This document shows, piece by piece, positions 1 to 12,959 of a stretch of DNA of 64,000 nt (positions are counted from its first letter, which is position 1; each line of letters opens with the position of its first letter). The stretch is from Mobula hypostoma (Eukaryota). A program made the translations under genes and the position numbers. Under the pieces are notes generated by a model that ran no database searches, was not told where the DNA came from, and worked only from the letters and a program-made list of their open reading frames with translations. The DNA lies in NCBI RefSeq assembly GCF_963921235.1, contig NC_086097.1, positions 115,136,001-115,200,000 of the forward strand, read 5' to 3'.

Positions 1-172
1 ATTTATCTATTGAAAAGTGGAGGGCCAGCACATTTCAGGCGTAAATGGTTGAGAAAAATCCAACTGGACTGGCACTCAATCAAAGCTCTCAGTGTGACAT
101 CAACAGACCAAATAGTAGCACTAACCAGATACTGGCAGAGCTGCTTACTGCTAATGAGAAGTTGTTAGAGAA

Positions 173-1065
173 AGGAATAGATAAACAGATTGAAGACTTG
201 CCCAAAAAGCTGTTTGGGATGCCAAAATGTTTGAAATGCACCTCCACAGGCACCGTTGCACCCATGGGAGTGACTGACTTTACCATGGCAACGAGAACAT
301 ATTGACTTTGCCAGGCCATTCATGGACTCCATGTTCCTGATTGCTGTGGATGCTCAGTCAAAGTGGCCGGAGGCTATATAATGACATCAACCACTCAGCA
401 AAGACTGGCTCTGCCCTGAGGAGTATCTTCACCAGAAAAGGTTTACCAGAACAAATTGTGAGTGACAATGGACCACAATACACATCAGAAGTATTCCGAC
501 TGTTCATGAAGAAAAATGGCATCAGACATTTCAAGCCAGCTCCTCACCACCCAGCAGCAAATGGGTTAGCTGAAGGGTTTGTCCAAAAATTCAAGAAGCC
601 CATTAAAGTGATGGACATGGAGGACATTTCTCTCCAGCACAAGGTGGACAACTTCCTTTTTGTATATTAGAATTCTGTTTATGCGACAACAGATCAAACA
701 CCTGCAATGCTGTTCTTGAGCAGAAATCTGAGATCTCACATAGACCTTCTGAAACCAGACCTCCAGAGGGAAGTACAGAATAAACAGTTCAGCCAGTTGT
801 CAAGTGAAGCAGGAACCAATGAACACAGTGAATGTTGGATATCAGACATGGAGACATCATGTGGACCAGATACTGGATGCTCAACCAAAGAATATACCTG
901 AATCAACTGCATCCAACAATATGGACACATTACAGTCACCAGACTTGCCTCTCAAGAATAATGTCACTGACAGCAACGTGACACCGGAAACTGAGAATGT
1001 TGTCTTAGACAAGATACCTACCAAACCTGATAAACCTAGCTGCAAATATGATTTGGTACACATGT
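173..1065 (+). pseudogene. Ty3/Gypsy LTR-retrotransposon integrase remnant
   Basis: Frameshifted translation: GIDKQIEDL, HPWE*..PWQREHIDFARPF..MFLIAVDAQSKWPE, then ORF 341-670 with GLPEQIVSDNGPQYTS and HPAANGLAE (DDE integrase core). Contains stops and frameshifts. Confidence 0.9.
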
Positions 1066-1095
1066 GATTTGCCTGTACCTTTGAGATAGAGGTTC

Positions 1096-2165
1096 CAAGA
1101 TGGCGCCAAGCTGTGACGCCCATTAAGGTCATGGTTTGGTTTCAGTTGTTTATATGTGCTTTTCTGGGATTGGTAGGGATGGATTTGTGGATAGAGTGGG
1201 TAGGTAGGTCTCAGATTAGCCTCTTTAGGGGCAGGAATATGGGTGAAGTAGAGGACAAGCTTCTCTGCACTATGTTCGAAGGACAGTAGGAGATTTGCAG
1301 GTTGGGCTGGGATATCCGGCTGACAGAGCAGCATTGATGAAAAGGCTTCATCAATGAGGCATTCAGATTTCCCCAGGATCAGGAAGTTGCCAGCAGGATT
1401 CGGAGTTAAAGCTCCAAGCAGGCCAGAGGAATGAGTTCCGATCACCCACTGGGTTCATGAATCAGTGAAGCCTGAGTTCAAGGCCTAGTTTTTGGCGTCC
1501 CGTCATTGGCAAGTCTGGAGCTAAGGCCTGCTGTTAAGTGATCCATGGGTCCTGTGGTCAATGCCAATGATGGAGACCGGAGGGCTGAATAAGAAATCAG
1601 GAAGTTGAGGCCTGTTGGCTGGAGTCCCGGGTTTGCAAATTTCTGCAAGTTGCTAGGGTAGTCCAAAACCCTTGTCTGCATGTCCAAGTCTGTTGGAGGC
1701 TGAAGAATGCGGGGTTTCTTGTGGTTAGAGGACGGTGTATGTATGAGATTGGGAGGACAGAATGAGGTTTGTTTCTCTGCTGTTTTTTGGTGTGTGTTGT
1801 GTAAAGGACAAAGCTGAAGGTTAAAGTTCAGGGCTCAGCAAGTCCAGAGGTTGAGGCCCGAAAGTTGATTCTGTAATTCTGATGGAAGGTTGGAGGCTTG
1901 ATGTCAGAGAGTCTGGGGCCAAGGTGGTGGCTTGTCCTGGTGATGGAGGTCTGTCTGTGGGAAATGGGCTATTGACATCTTGTTTTGTTCTGTTTTTGCT
2001 GTTGCTGCTTTTGGCATTGTTCTGCTGACCATTGTGGGCATGTTATATTGGCACTGGAATGTGTGGCGATACTTGGCAGCTGCTCCCAGCACATCCTTGG
2101 GTGTGTTGGTTGTTAACACGCTTCACCTCAAATTTCAATATAAAGGCGATAAATCTGAACTCTGT
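1096..2165 (+). mobile_element. Unclassified non-autonomous retroelement
   Basis: Starts CAAGATGGCG. Its 3' end (GGGCATG..GGAATGTGTGGCGA..CCCAGCACATCC) recurs at 13561-13720 (-), 37390-37590 and in the SINE tails at ~5185 and ~42700. Confidence 0.55.
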
Positions 2166-2169
2166 TGCC

Positions 2170-2700
2170 GACTGAAAGTAGGTTGAAATAGATATCCAAC
2201 ATTTAGTTTTTGATTTTCCTTGAAAGTACCCTGATAGGCTTGTGATTTGCTGGATTGGATGTTTGTGAAAAGGACATACTTGGTATCTTATCCTTGTACA
2301 GTAATTGAATGGGTTGGTGCTGAAACAGGACTGTGGTGGCTTGGCTGGAGGTAGAGCTGGTTCTCGAGCTGCAATGTCCTTTGGTCCCGGATACTGTAAC
2401 CTTTGCTGCCTCCAGCATCAGCTGCTTCCTGATACAATGGGAAGTGAATCTAACTGCTGGTGACTGGTCTCTGTGATGGTGTGGAAGCCGAGCTGAAGAC
2501 ACCAGGCTCTCCTTCTGACCTCACACGCTGGACCACATCATCACCGAGGGTGGGATGTTCTTGAGAACCCCTCCTCATGTAGCATCTTAATTGACCACCA
2601 TGACCGAGAAGTAGATGTGGTGGGACAGCAAAGCTGATCCTTTGGTTGATGTTGTTGTTTGGCATGATGCCGGCAAAAGGTTCTATACAGTTCCTTGCGC
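2170..2700 (-). mobile_element. Old CR1/L2-group LINE ORF2 fragment
   Basis: Minus translation SPAVRFTSHCIRKQL...SNPANHKPIRVLS resembles the pre-RT/RT-start NPxNYRPISLL motif. Confidence 0.65.
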
Positions 2701-3135
2701 AACACAGACAAAATGCTGGAGGAACTCGGCATGTCAGGCAGCACTTATGGAATGGAATAAACAGGCGGTGTTTAGAGCCAAGACCCTTCATTGGGACTGG
2801 GAAGGAAGGGGGAAGAAGCCAAAATAACAAGTTGGAGGAGGAGAAGGAGGAGGAGGAGGATGAGTACAAGTTGGCAGATGATAGGTAAAGCCAGGTGAGA
2901 TTGAAAAGAGGTGGGGGAGTGAATGGGAATGAAGTGAGAAGCTAGGAGGTGATAATATGGATGAGGTGCAGAACTGAAGAAAGAATGTGAGGAATGTGAT
3001 AGGGGAGGATAGTGGGCCATGGGAGAAAGAGAAGGAGGATGGGCACCAGGGGAAGATGAAAGGTAGATGAGGTGCAGAGAAAGGGTGAGTGTGTGTTGCT
3101 CGAGATTTCCAGCATCTGCAGAACTTGTGTTTATG
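2701..3135 (-). mobile_element. Penelope-like element (PLE)-derived repeat with inverted terminus
   Basis: AAAATGCTGGAGGAACTC..GGCAGCA head and purine-rich body, same family as 36515-36992. An opposite-orientation end lies at ~3090-3135. Confidence 0.75.
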
Positions 3136-3394
3136 AAATTCATTGTGTTCACATAATTTTAATGTGTCTGCTATGAACTTAGATCAGAATCATAATCCCT
3201 GTCATATCTGATTTAATTACTGTTGTCCATTTTCCTAAGACTTGTCAAGGTAGATTAACTCAAATTGGCACAACCACTGAATAACAGTCCCTGCCTGGAT
3301 GGTAAACTGTCTGCAGTTACATGTTAAGGAGTGGAAACATTTTTATTTTAGAAAAGTGGAAATGTTGGCCAGAGGTATTCACAGGATAAAGATA

Positions 3395-4923
3395 CAGGTT
3401 TCCCCCGCCATCTGAAGGTAGAGTGTTCCTATGAAACGGTTCGTAAGCCGGAATGTCATAAAGTGAAGAAGCAATTACCATTTATTTATATGAGAAAATT
3501 TTGTGAGCATTCGCAAACCCCCAAAAATAACCTACAAAATCATGCCAAATAACACATAAAACCTAAAATAACAGTAATGTTTAGTAAAAGCAGGAATGAT
3601 ATGATAAATACACAGCCTATATAAAGTAGAAATACTTTTCCACAATCATTGCCTGAACTGTTCTCCGTAGCGAAAATCTCACGCAAGCGCCGTCGGCAAA
3701 AACACGATGCAAGTGCTCTCCAGTAACCTTTAAGCTATGAAGCTGCCAAATCATACCAAATAACACATAAAAATACACAGCCTATATAAACTAGAAGTAA
3801 TGTATGTACAGTGTAGTATCACTTACAGGAATTGGGAAGTCAGGGCCGAGCACACTGATGATGGTGTGTTAGGCTGAGTCGTCGGAGTTTGGGTGGTGCA
3901 GTGGCCCCCACCCTCCAGGCAGCGACCCGATACTGATCCGCGAAGCATGCAGTGGTAGCCGGGAAGCACACAGCACATCTTTAAGAAAAAAGCCGAAATA
4001 AACACGCTAATTAATTAGGTGCCGCCCAGCACGTAAATATCAGCCCAGATCAGAGGCGATTGTCGGGCGGCACCTAATTAATTAGCTTGTTTACTTCGGT
4101 TTTTTCTTAAAGATGTGCTGTGTGCCTCCCGGCTGCCGCTGCATTCTCCGCGAATCAGTATCTGTCCGCGGCCTGGGGGTTGGGATGGTGGGACACTGGG
4201 GTGTCATCTGTTTCCATTAGGGCAGGCAGATCATCTTCTTCTATGTCTGCCTGCCTCGATGTCGAATGTCGAGGTTCATCATTTGCTGTGGCTGATGTGG
4301 AAGTCTTGAAAAACGACAGTATGCTTGACTGCTGAGCCTCGCACATTTTTCTATCATACAGTTCTTTGTAAGGACTCAATCCATCTTGCAAATATGCCCT
4401 AAACCAATGTACCCTTTCAAAATTAAAGTCGTACTTTATCATTACCCATTCGGTTTCGATAGCTATCCTTTCCTCTTCCAATTGCATCAGCTCTTCATCT
4501 ATCAGTTCTTGGTCATGGGATGCCAAAACCTCTTCAACATCATCTTCGTCAACTTCCACAAGCCAAACTCACTTTGTCCTTACTTTGTTCACCATGATCG
4601 AAACGCTTAATTATGTCTAGTTTTACGCTAAGTTTTCACCCTTACGAGCTCTTTTTCAGGCTTTTCTGATACCTTAGAACTCATCTTGCTAACGGCTGCT
4701 CACAGGCACGTGTTTAAGCAATGCTGGTGAGAATGCAGTTCCAGGGGAGAGCGGCTGCTCGGGGCGCGCGCTGATTTTTTTTTTGCATGCTGCCTTTTAT
4801 CGTGCACTGCCTTTTTTCGTAACAGTGAGAACACTTTCTGTTAGCGAAAACAGGGAACTAATGTAGGTCTTTCGTAACAGTGAGGTTTTGTAAAGCGAAC
4901 GTTCGAAAAGCAGGGGACACCTG
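3395..4923 (-). mobile_element. Internally deleted Tigger/pogo DNA transposon
   Basis: TA|CAGGTTTCCCCCGC ... GCAGGGGACACCTG|TA imperfect TIRs with TA TSD. A CENP-B-like N-terminus (LSVKLDIIKRFDHGE) is joined directly to a TIGD1-like C-terminus (ORF 4155-4559: DVEEVLASHDQEL..YKELYDRK..SILSFF). No DDE domain. Confidence 0.9.
3906..4185. repeat. Long inverted repeat inside the Tigger element
   Basis: 3929-4027 (GATACTGA..CTAATTAATTAGGTGCCGCCC) is the near reverse complement of 4065-4162, with a 37-nt spacer. Confidence 0.9.
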
Positions 4924-5025
4924 TACTCTGTACCTTGGAATCTGAGCAAAACATGTTGTGCACTTTTTGGTAAGGCTGACTGAGCACGAGGTGTCACCTT
5001 CCTCTAGTTATGTTACTGCAGTAAT

Positions 5026-5312
5026 GGGGGCATGGTAGCATAGCTCTCAGCACAATATCTTACAGCTGTAAGATCAGGGTTCGATTCCTGTAAGGAATTT
5101 GTACATTCTTTCCATGACTGCCTGGGTTTCCTCTGGGTGCTCTGGTTTCCTCCAAAGACATACTTTTAGGGTTAGTGAATTATGGGCATACTAGGTTGGC
5201 GTCGGAAGTTTAGCGACACTCGCAGGCTGCCCCAGCACAATCATCACTGATTTGATTTGATGTTGAGCAGCACATTTCACTGCATGTTTTGATGTACACA
5301 TGACAAAGCTAA
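5026..5312 (+). mobile_element. tRNA-derived V-SINE
   Basis: A-box-like TGGTAGCATAG, B box GGTTCGATTCC, V-domain TTTGTAC.TTCT...GGGTTTCCTCTGGGTGCTCTGGTTTCC. Confidence 0.85.
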
Positions 5313-6309
5313 ACTATTTTTATATAGTAGTGCATGACCAACTTTGTCTGCACGAGGGACCTATCCATGAAATTTATTTTATAGAAGTCATCAATCTTGT
5401 CTTTATTCTGCTTTGAGGAGGCAATTGTGACTGCAACAGATGGCAAATTTTAGTCACAACCTCTTCAGTGAAGCAAAAATGATTTCATGCTGAGGTCATG
5501 AAACTGAGGTGAAAAAAAGAGTGTCGTAAACCCCTTGAGGGATCCCTTCTTTTCCCTTTCTTCCTTCTTCTGGCAGCTGCTCCTAGTTTGCGTTCCTGCT
5601 GTTAATTTTCCCATCGATGCTCAGTTCATAGAGGTGTCAAGTTAGCTTTGTGTGCTAATTAATATTATAATATGCCTGCTCCTTACTGTTGGCAGTCATT
5701 AGGCACAGACACATCAATCCCATTTGCCAATTTGTTGTCCATGAAACTTCTTGCCTGGAGAGCGCATGCTTCATGGGCACCAATTATGAGCATTAGGACG
5801 CCAATTAGTACCTCACAACAGGTAGCACAGTGCCCTATTTTTACACTGTTTTGCTATTAAAATCGAGTGAAGATAATGAATAGACTAACATGGACAGAAA
5901 GGGAAAATAAGAGAAAATTATCAACTTTTAGGAAGAAATTTGTAGTTTGCATTATTGTATAATATGGAAAATATTGAATAATAAATATTCATAACTGTTG
6001 CTGTTAATATTAATGATCAACATTTTAAATTGAACTGCAATGTAAGGCCCAAGTGGTGCATTTAATGTTTATACGAGCTGATTAATAGAATGCATTTTAG
6101 TGTTTCTACGAATATAAAGGCATTAATAATACTTTACAAAACTTGAGGGAGCTATATGTGAGGTATATATACTGTAACAACAATATATTTCTTTCTATTG
6201 TGCACATAAGACCTTTTTACACATGTCAATAGAGATGAAATTATGCAAGTAAAGCACAGCAAAAACATTCTCAGGAAAATTCAGCTGATACATTGATAAA
6301 AGAAAATAA

Positions 6310-6453
6310 AATGTTTAAACTTGAGAGATTCCGCAGATGCTGGAAATCCAGAGTAACACACACAAAATGCTGGAGGAACTCAGCAGGTCAGGTAGCGTCT
6401 ATGGAGGGAAATAAGGAGTCGACGTTTCAGACCAACATTCTACATTAGGACTG
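6310..6453 (-). mobile_element. PLE-derived terminal fragment, decayed hammerhead
   Basis: GCAGATGCTGGAAATC..AAAATGCTGGAGGAACTCAGCAGGTCAGG..AGTCGACGTTTC. Confidence 0.8.
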
Positions 6454-6879
6454 AACTTTAAAGTGTTTTAAAATAGTAAACTAACCTCAAAATACTGTTG
6501 TAAATTTATAACTTATCATGTGCTTGCAGAACATGTAATTTCTCCACAAGTGCAATTGCGCACTGATAATTATCCTGGTGAAAGAAATGTTGACAGGCAA
6601 TGGAATAAAGTTCACATGCAGAATGAGGTCTACTGCCATTCTTATGTGTCATTTGACTTGGGATCTTAGATGTGACTGTTATCAGGCTCATAAATTGATG
6701 ATGGAGCTGCCATTTTGCCCCAGCCACTCTTGATATAATCTTCGATGCAATTTTTTTTCAGGCAGGCCAGATTACAAAGACAAGAAATGATGCTAGTTGT
6801 TTTGCCCTCTGGACTAGAGCTGCCACATCAGTGCTCCCACTGAGGTTAGCTAACTCATCAATAATATCAAATAGTAAGC

Positions 6880-7700
6880 TCATTTGATTCAGTAACATTA
6901 CAACTATTGGCCCAACATATTGATGCAGTTAGGAAGGGGGCACACCAGTGGCTATATTTTACAAGGAGTTTGAGGAGTTTGTGTCACCAAGCACAGGAAA
7001 ATTTCTACAGATGTTCCATGAAGAGCATTTTATCTGGTTGTATCAAAAACTGGATAGAGGGATCATTGCATAGGATCATTTATTAAAAAAAAGCTGCAGA
7101 AGTTTGTTAACTCAGCCAGCCCTATCATAGGCACTAGCCTCCCCACCACAGGAGACGTCTTCAAAATGCAAAGCCTCGAAAAGATGGTGTTTATCATTAA
7201 GGGTCACAACCATCCAGGACTACCAGAGAGAAGATACAGGTACCTGTTTTAGGAACCATGAGATTCATTTCCTTGCAGGCATAGTCAATAAATCCAATAA
7301 CCATAATAGAATCAAAGAAAGACTGCACCAACAGGGTGGACAACCAGTCTACAAAAGACAACAGTGCAAGTACAAAAATAAAAGAAAAAACAAAATAAAT
7401 AAGCAATAATTATCGAGAACATGAGACGCAAAGTCCTTGAAAGTGTTTGTATAGGTTATGGAAGTAGTTCAGTGAAGGGACAAGTGTAGTTAGCGAGAAG
7501 AGAGCATGATCTGGGTGGTGGGGGTCCCTGATGATGGATGCTGCTTTCCTGCAACGCTCTGTCCAGATGTACTCAATGCTGGGGAGGGCTTCACCTGTGA
7601 TGCACTGGGCTGTATGCATTACTTTTCCTGGGTTTTTCCATTCCAGGTCATTGTTGTTTCCATACCAGGTTATGATGTATCCAGTCAATATACTCCTTCC
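6880..7700. mobile_element. Rex1-type LINE 3' fragments, both orientations
   Basis: Plus-strand RT-tail fragment at ~6880-7230. Minus ORF 7410-7709 has SILTGYIITWYGN and KAASIIRDPHHPDHALFSL. Confidence 0.7.
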
Positions 7701-7704
7701 CTTC

Positions 7705-7832
7705 ATCACATCTTCCTATTCTGGCTTCTGCCCCCATCCTTTCCAGTCCTGATGCAGTTTCTCCGCCGGAATCGTCAACTGTATATTCCTCTCCACAGAT
7801 GTTGCTTGACTTGTTGAGTTCCTCCAGGATTT
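7705..7832 (+). mobile_element. PLE-derived terminal fragment, decayed hammerhead
   Basis: CCAGTCCTGATGC..GGAATCGTCAACTG..AGATGTTGCTTGACTTGTTGAGTTCCTCCAG. Confidence 0.7.
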
Positions 7833-7994
7833 CAGGTAATTTATACTTCTTGAATTGAATTAAATTGAGTTCATATAAATAGTTGGTACTACTTTCAATT
7901 ATTGAAAAGCATTGTATTTGTATACAAAAATGATTAATTTTTAGAAGTTCACATCAGATAATTTCAGTCAGAAGGAAAGACAAGGACAGCAAGT

Positions 7995-9510
7995 TAAGGG
8001 AACCTTGGATGTTGAGGGAGGTTATGAATTTAGTCAAGAAGAAAAGGGAAAAGTATGTAAAGCTAGGGAAGCTAAAATCAATCAAAGCCTTTCAAGATTA
8101 TAAAGAATCCAGAAAATAAATAAAGAAGGGAATTAGGAAAACCTGGAAGGGCCATGAAAAGTCCTTGGCAAGTAGGATTAAAGAGAATCCCAAGGCATTC
8201 TATACATACACTGAGACTGAGGGTAACTAGGAGAGGGTGGGACCACTCAAGGATAAAAGGGGAACATTTCCTTTGATGCAAAGGGTGTGGGTGCGGTCCA
8301 TAATGAGTACTTTACATAGGTATTTACCTAGGAGGACGTGAAGGATAGGGGGATCAGTGCCGAGATTCGTCATCTGCTAAAGCACTTCGGTGTAAAGGAG
8401 GAGGTTACCTGGAATGCGCTGCCTGTGATGGTGCTAGAGGCTGATACATGAGTTGCTTTCAATAGTTCAATAGTTCCATTTAATATCAGAGAAATGTATG
8501 CAATATACATCCTGAAATTCTCTTTCTTTGCAGACATCCACTTAAACAGAAGTGTCCCAAAGAATGAATGACAATTAAATCATTAGAACCCCATTGCCTC
8601 TTACTCCTCCTCCCACACAAGCAGCAACAAAGTAACAACCCTCCCCACTCCCACCCACATCCACAGAAAAGCATCTGCACCCTCCACCCACCAAGCATGC
8701 AACAACAAAGCCCCCAAGAAAGATTATGATCTGCAGTACAACAAAAAAAATCATTCACTCCAAAACTTCAACATACTACAGGTTCCCTCTCTCTATAATA
8801 AAGGGAAAAAGGGGAGTTCCCTTTCACAGCGAGGGGGAGACATAACAAAACAACTCACTGATTTATGCTGTTAAAAGTCTGTCGTGCCTCTTTTTTTTAC
8901 TGAGTCCTGTGTCCCAAGAAGCAGCAACAATCTCTCATCACCATCGAGGGAGAGAGGGAGAGTGGGAGAGGGAGAGGGAGAGAACGAACAATTCACCGAG
9001 GACACAGCCTCCGACAGCTCCTAGCTGTTCCCAATGTTCCATTCACTCCCGTGATGCTTCAGTCCGTGCACTGGCTTAGAATCAGCCCATCCACAGGGCC
9101 ACAAAACCTTGGAACCCCGAAAGTGTGCTCGTCTTCTTGGCTGTGCCTTGGGATATCGAAAAGTGGGCGATTGTGAGCTCCCAGGAGCGGATCCCACCAC
9201 GGCAAAGAACCGGTCTGAGTGTAACACCAGGTCAGAGTCTTCAACAGAACCCTATCCACCCTGAAAGGGAAAAGTAAGACATCAAAGTAGAAATTAAGCT
9301 GTTTTCATAGAGGAACGCAGAATTGCAATTTAGCACCATTAAGAGACACTTAGATATGCACATGATTCTGAGGAAAATGGAAGGATATGAATATTATGTA
9401 GGCAGAGGGAATTAGTTTAGTTGGCCATTTGATTATTAATTTATTTGGTTCAGAACTACATTGTGGGCTGAAGGACCTTTTCTTGTGCTATACTTTTCTA
9501 TGTTCTAATT
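7995..9510 (+). mobile_element. CR1/HER1-type LINE fragment split by a minus-strand insertion (~8461-9339)
   Basis: LASRIKENPKAFYTY motif at ~8164. CR1 3' sequence stops at ~8460 and resumes at ~9340 (AAGAGACACTTAGAT..TTCTATGTTCTA). Confidence 0.75.
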
Positions 9511-9711
9511 CTATAAAACACTCAAGCAATTGACCATTTGTTTAGTTTAGCATCACTGTTATGAACATTTTCCTTAGCATTGTTGACTGGAGTGGCATGC
9601 ATAGTGCAGAGTCTCGTCCATTGGAGAAAGTTATTTTGATACTGTTGCTTCACCATCACTGATGACAAAACTCATTTGTAAAGACTGTGTCATCCACTTT
9701 CTTACCAGTAT

Positions 9712-9957
9712 TGTTGTGTATTTAATATTTCAATAATATTTGAGTTAACTTCTATATATGTTGTTTTACTAAGGATTCTTGTTCATTTAAATGATTCGAT
9801 TTGGGTTATCTAACAATAAGTGAATTGCATACGTCATCACACTACGCAATGATACGTGCACGCCTTGTTTAAAGTAAAGATGGAGTTGCACACGCATTTT
9901 TGGACTCCCATGTTTTCCTTCAACTAATTTAATGTTTTGAGGTTACAAAACATAACA
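9712..9957 (+). mobile_element. Probable solo LTR (~245 bp)
   Basis: TGTTGTG...CATAACA inverted ends. A diverged reverse-complement copy with the same ends lies at 41190-41427. Confidence 0.65.
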
Positions 9958-10859
9958 TTTATGTTGTACCTTATTGGCTTACTTTCAACTTCAGGCCTTG
10001 TCAGTCAGATTTGAGTCAACTTCTCCAGGTCAGAGTATGTTCTGACCAGGTGAGCAGTTCCTGGTAGGAGAGTTTTCAATAGGTAAGTGAGGGCAAGCAA
10101 CCACAGTGGGTAGTGACAAGGAATTATTAGAATCTTGTTACTTAGATTATAAATATGAATTTATTCAATATTCATCAGTTTATGTTATTGCATACTTTGA
10201 GAAGATAATCATCTTTAAAATCTTCTCATCTTTTGTAGTTTGAACAATGATGGGTTTGAAAAAATGAGGAGCCAAACGTTTTGCATTGTCCCTGATTATA
10301 AAAACCCATTCAGCTTAACACCCCATGCAGTAGGAAAGTTAACGGAACAGACAAAAATCCTTTGTTGCTAGCATTTCCTTATTAAATTGCACTTTTAAAA
10401 TAATAAGAAAGCAAAGTAAGTGTGTGAAACAAATAACATTTTTTGCTGATGGTTGGTTCTGTCCTTTATCTTTACCTTGTACTGTGATTTTAATTTGTAC
10501 CATGGCTCTTTTTCTCCTTCCGTGAAAGAATGAATAAAACATGTTTCAATTGAAGAATTCTGTATAATAAAAGATGTAAATTGACTTTTCAGATGGAGGT
10601 AGGTGTAGAACAATAGAATAGCACTTGTGTATTAGCTATTTAGATGCCAAGCAAGCTCCATGTTTATCAAATAAAGCAGTCATCAGTAAATTTAAATGTG
10701 GAGAGCTAACATTTGCTTTTAAGATGTCTCTGGTGAATCTCAGTGACTTCTGGCTGATGGTCAATGAAACAAGGAAAGCAACTAAGTACTTTGTTAATCA
10801 CTCTTTTTCTGGAAAATGATCATTGCAAACAATAGCCTGTAACATCCCTTTGGACTTGG

Positions 10860-11350
10860 AGGTAATTTGATGTGGCAGAGCCAAGGTGAGGCAACGGCCT
10901 GTTGATGACAGCGAGGAAGACCAGAGGTTCGATCAACTTAAGCACTGGGCTGAATTAGAAAGATCAGATACAGGCAGAATCGAGACAACGGGGTCAAGGC
11001 CCCAGAGTGTGCCAAAGAGAGTGAACCCACTGTCTGGATGATGATTTAGGTGCCGGGCAGTGTTGAGCTGGGATGCGAGGCGAGGGATAGGCCGGTTCAG
11101 CTCACTGCTTCACTCCTCTTTGAACTAAGGGAATGCGGACTGACTCTCTTTGTGGACTTCAGTTCAAAATACTATTTGCGTGTCTTTATTATTTGCATTA
11201 TTTGTTTTTCTCTCTGCACATTGGGTGTCCGATGGTCTTTTTTTTAATGGGTTCTTTTGGGTTTCTTTATTTCACGGCTGCCTGTTAGGAGACGAATCTC
11301 AAGGTCGTATAATGTATACATACTTTGATAAAATGTACTTTGAACTTTGT
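10860..11350 (+). mobile_element. Non-autonomous retroelement with LINE-type tail
   Basis: Ends ATCTCAAGGTCGTAT..TACTTTGATAAAATGTACTTTGAACTTTG. The same tail occurs reversed at ~43440 and ~46155. Confidence 0.6.
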
Positions 11351-11494
11351 GATTTTTAACATAACCAGAAATAAAAGGATATATTGTCATAATGTTATCT
11401 GAAGTTGGGTTGTGGGTTACGAATACACAACATTGTACATTAATCAGCCACGTAGTCATTTCACATAAGAAAGCAATTATCATTTTTACTCCAA

Positions 11495-11935
11495 TTACAA
11501 AGAGTATAGCACATGGAGAATATAGAGAATATTGTAGCACAGTAGAGGCCCTTTGGCCTATGATTTTGTGCCAAACTTTTAAAGTACTTTAAAATTAACC
11601 TAATCATTCCCTCCTACATAGCCCTCCATTTTTTTCATCATCCATTTGCATATCTAAGAGTTTCTTAAATGCCTAATCTATCTGCCTCTACAACCATCCC
11701 TAGCATGATAGGGCATAAACCCACCAGTCTCTGTAAAAAACTTACCTCTGACAAGCCCCCTATACTTTCCTCCAATCACCGTAAAATTATGCCCCCTTAG
11801 TATTAGCCTGGGTAAAAGTCGCTGGCTGTCCACTCAATCTATGCCTCTTATTATCTTGCACACCTTTTTCAAGTCCCCTCTCATCCACTTTCACTCCAAA
11901 GAGAAAAGTCCAAACTCGTTCAACCTAACCTCTTA
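11495..11935 (-). mobile_element. CR1/HER1-type LINE 3' end
   Basis: Reverse-complement match to the other CR1 3' ends in the window (e.g. 31640-31960). Confidence 0.8.
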
Positions 11936-11964
11936 AAATCCCTTATATCTTCTTCTATTTTATT

Positions 11965-12455
11965 TGTTAAAGTCGATCTTGGCAAGCAATTAAAGTTCAT
12001 CGCATCATCATCCCCGAGACCTGACATGGTCGCTCTGTCAGAAACCTCGAAGCAGCTGGTCATGGTAGAACTGGCAGTTCCTTGGAAGATCAGATTGAGC
12101 AGGCATTTGAGTGTAAGAAAGCCAAGAGCCAGGACCTGGTAGAGCAGTGTCAGGGACGGGGTGGTGGGCACGATACAAGCTGAGAGGTGAGGTTTTGCTG
12201 GCTGCTCGCTAAGCCGAACCAACTCTCTCCTTGGCATTATGGGGGTTGCAAAGAAAAGAGCCATCAGGACTGTCACAGAGGCTGCTGAGCGAGTCTCCTG
12301 ATGGCTATGGATCAAGAGGTGTGACCCATGGACCAATGCTGCTGGGACACAAGGAGGGCCTGATCAACTCTGGCTGGGTCGCCTGGGCAAGAGTGTTGAA
12401 AGACCCAAAACACCCAGTGACCCCAGGTTACATCAGTGATGATGTGTCCCAGTGT
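11965..12455 (+). mobile_element. Hero-clade (restriction-like endonuclease) non-LTR element, 3' end
   Basis: RPDMVALSETSKQLVMVELAVPW (PD..E RLE motif) and AAERVS*WLWIKR. The 3' UTR is shared with 44830-44975. Confidence 0.8.
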
Positions 12456-12959
12456 AACCTAGGATATAGCTTAACATCAAGGATAACCATTGGGTATTAT
12501 TATATTTACATTTAGACTGTGAGTGGTATAGGAAATGTGCAATATATTTGCTTGATTCAATGAATTTATACTTAAAAATATGAACACTATTTAACTTCCC
12601 AATCTCTGAATGGCAGTGCATTTGAACTTCCATTTTATGATGACACTCACTAGTTTTTCGATGATTACCCCATCAGATATTAAAAGCGTTTTAACGTACA
12701 TAGAAACATAGAAACATAGTACCTTGTGAACTACCATTTAACCTTCCAACCTTGGCTCTCCCTTGGTTCCTAAAGTAACCTAAGCCATATGAGTCAGAAA
12801 ACTTCTGCACGCAATCCTTGTCCTCAACTTCACCCAGCTGACTTCTGAATCATTCTGATAAATCTCTGCTCCATTTTCTGAATAAACCAAAATTTTCTTC
12901 AATGATGGAAGCAAGAGTGACTGAACAGTCTGCAACTTCATCTGGGTTACCTCCTACAT

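Noticed and set aside
3240..3330. U12 branch site TCCTTAAC plus CAG on the minus strand as the partner acceptor for the 62181 donor
   Set aside because: Downstream frames hit stops quickly with no good donor; one such 8-mer per 64 kb is expected by chance.
5026..5100. tRNA gene
   Set aside because: A SINE head only; no cloverleaf, and it continues into the V-domain.
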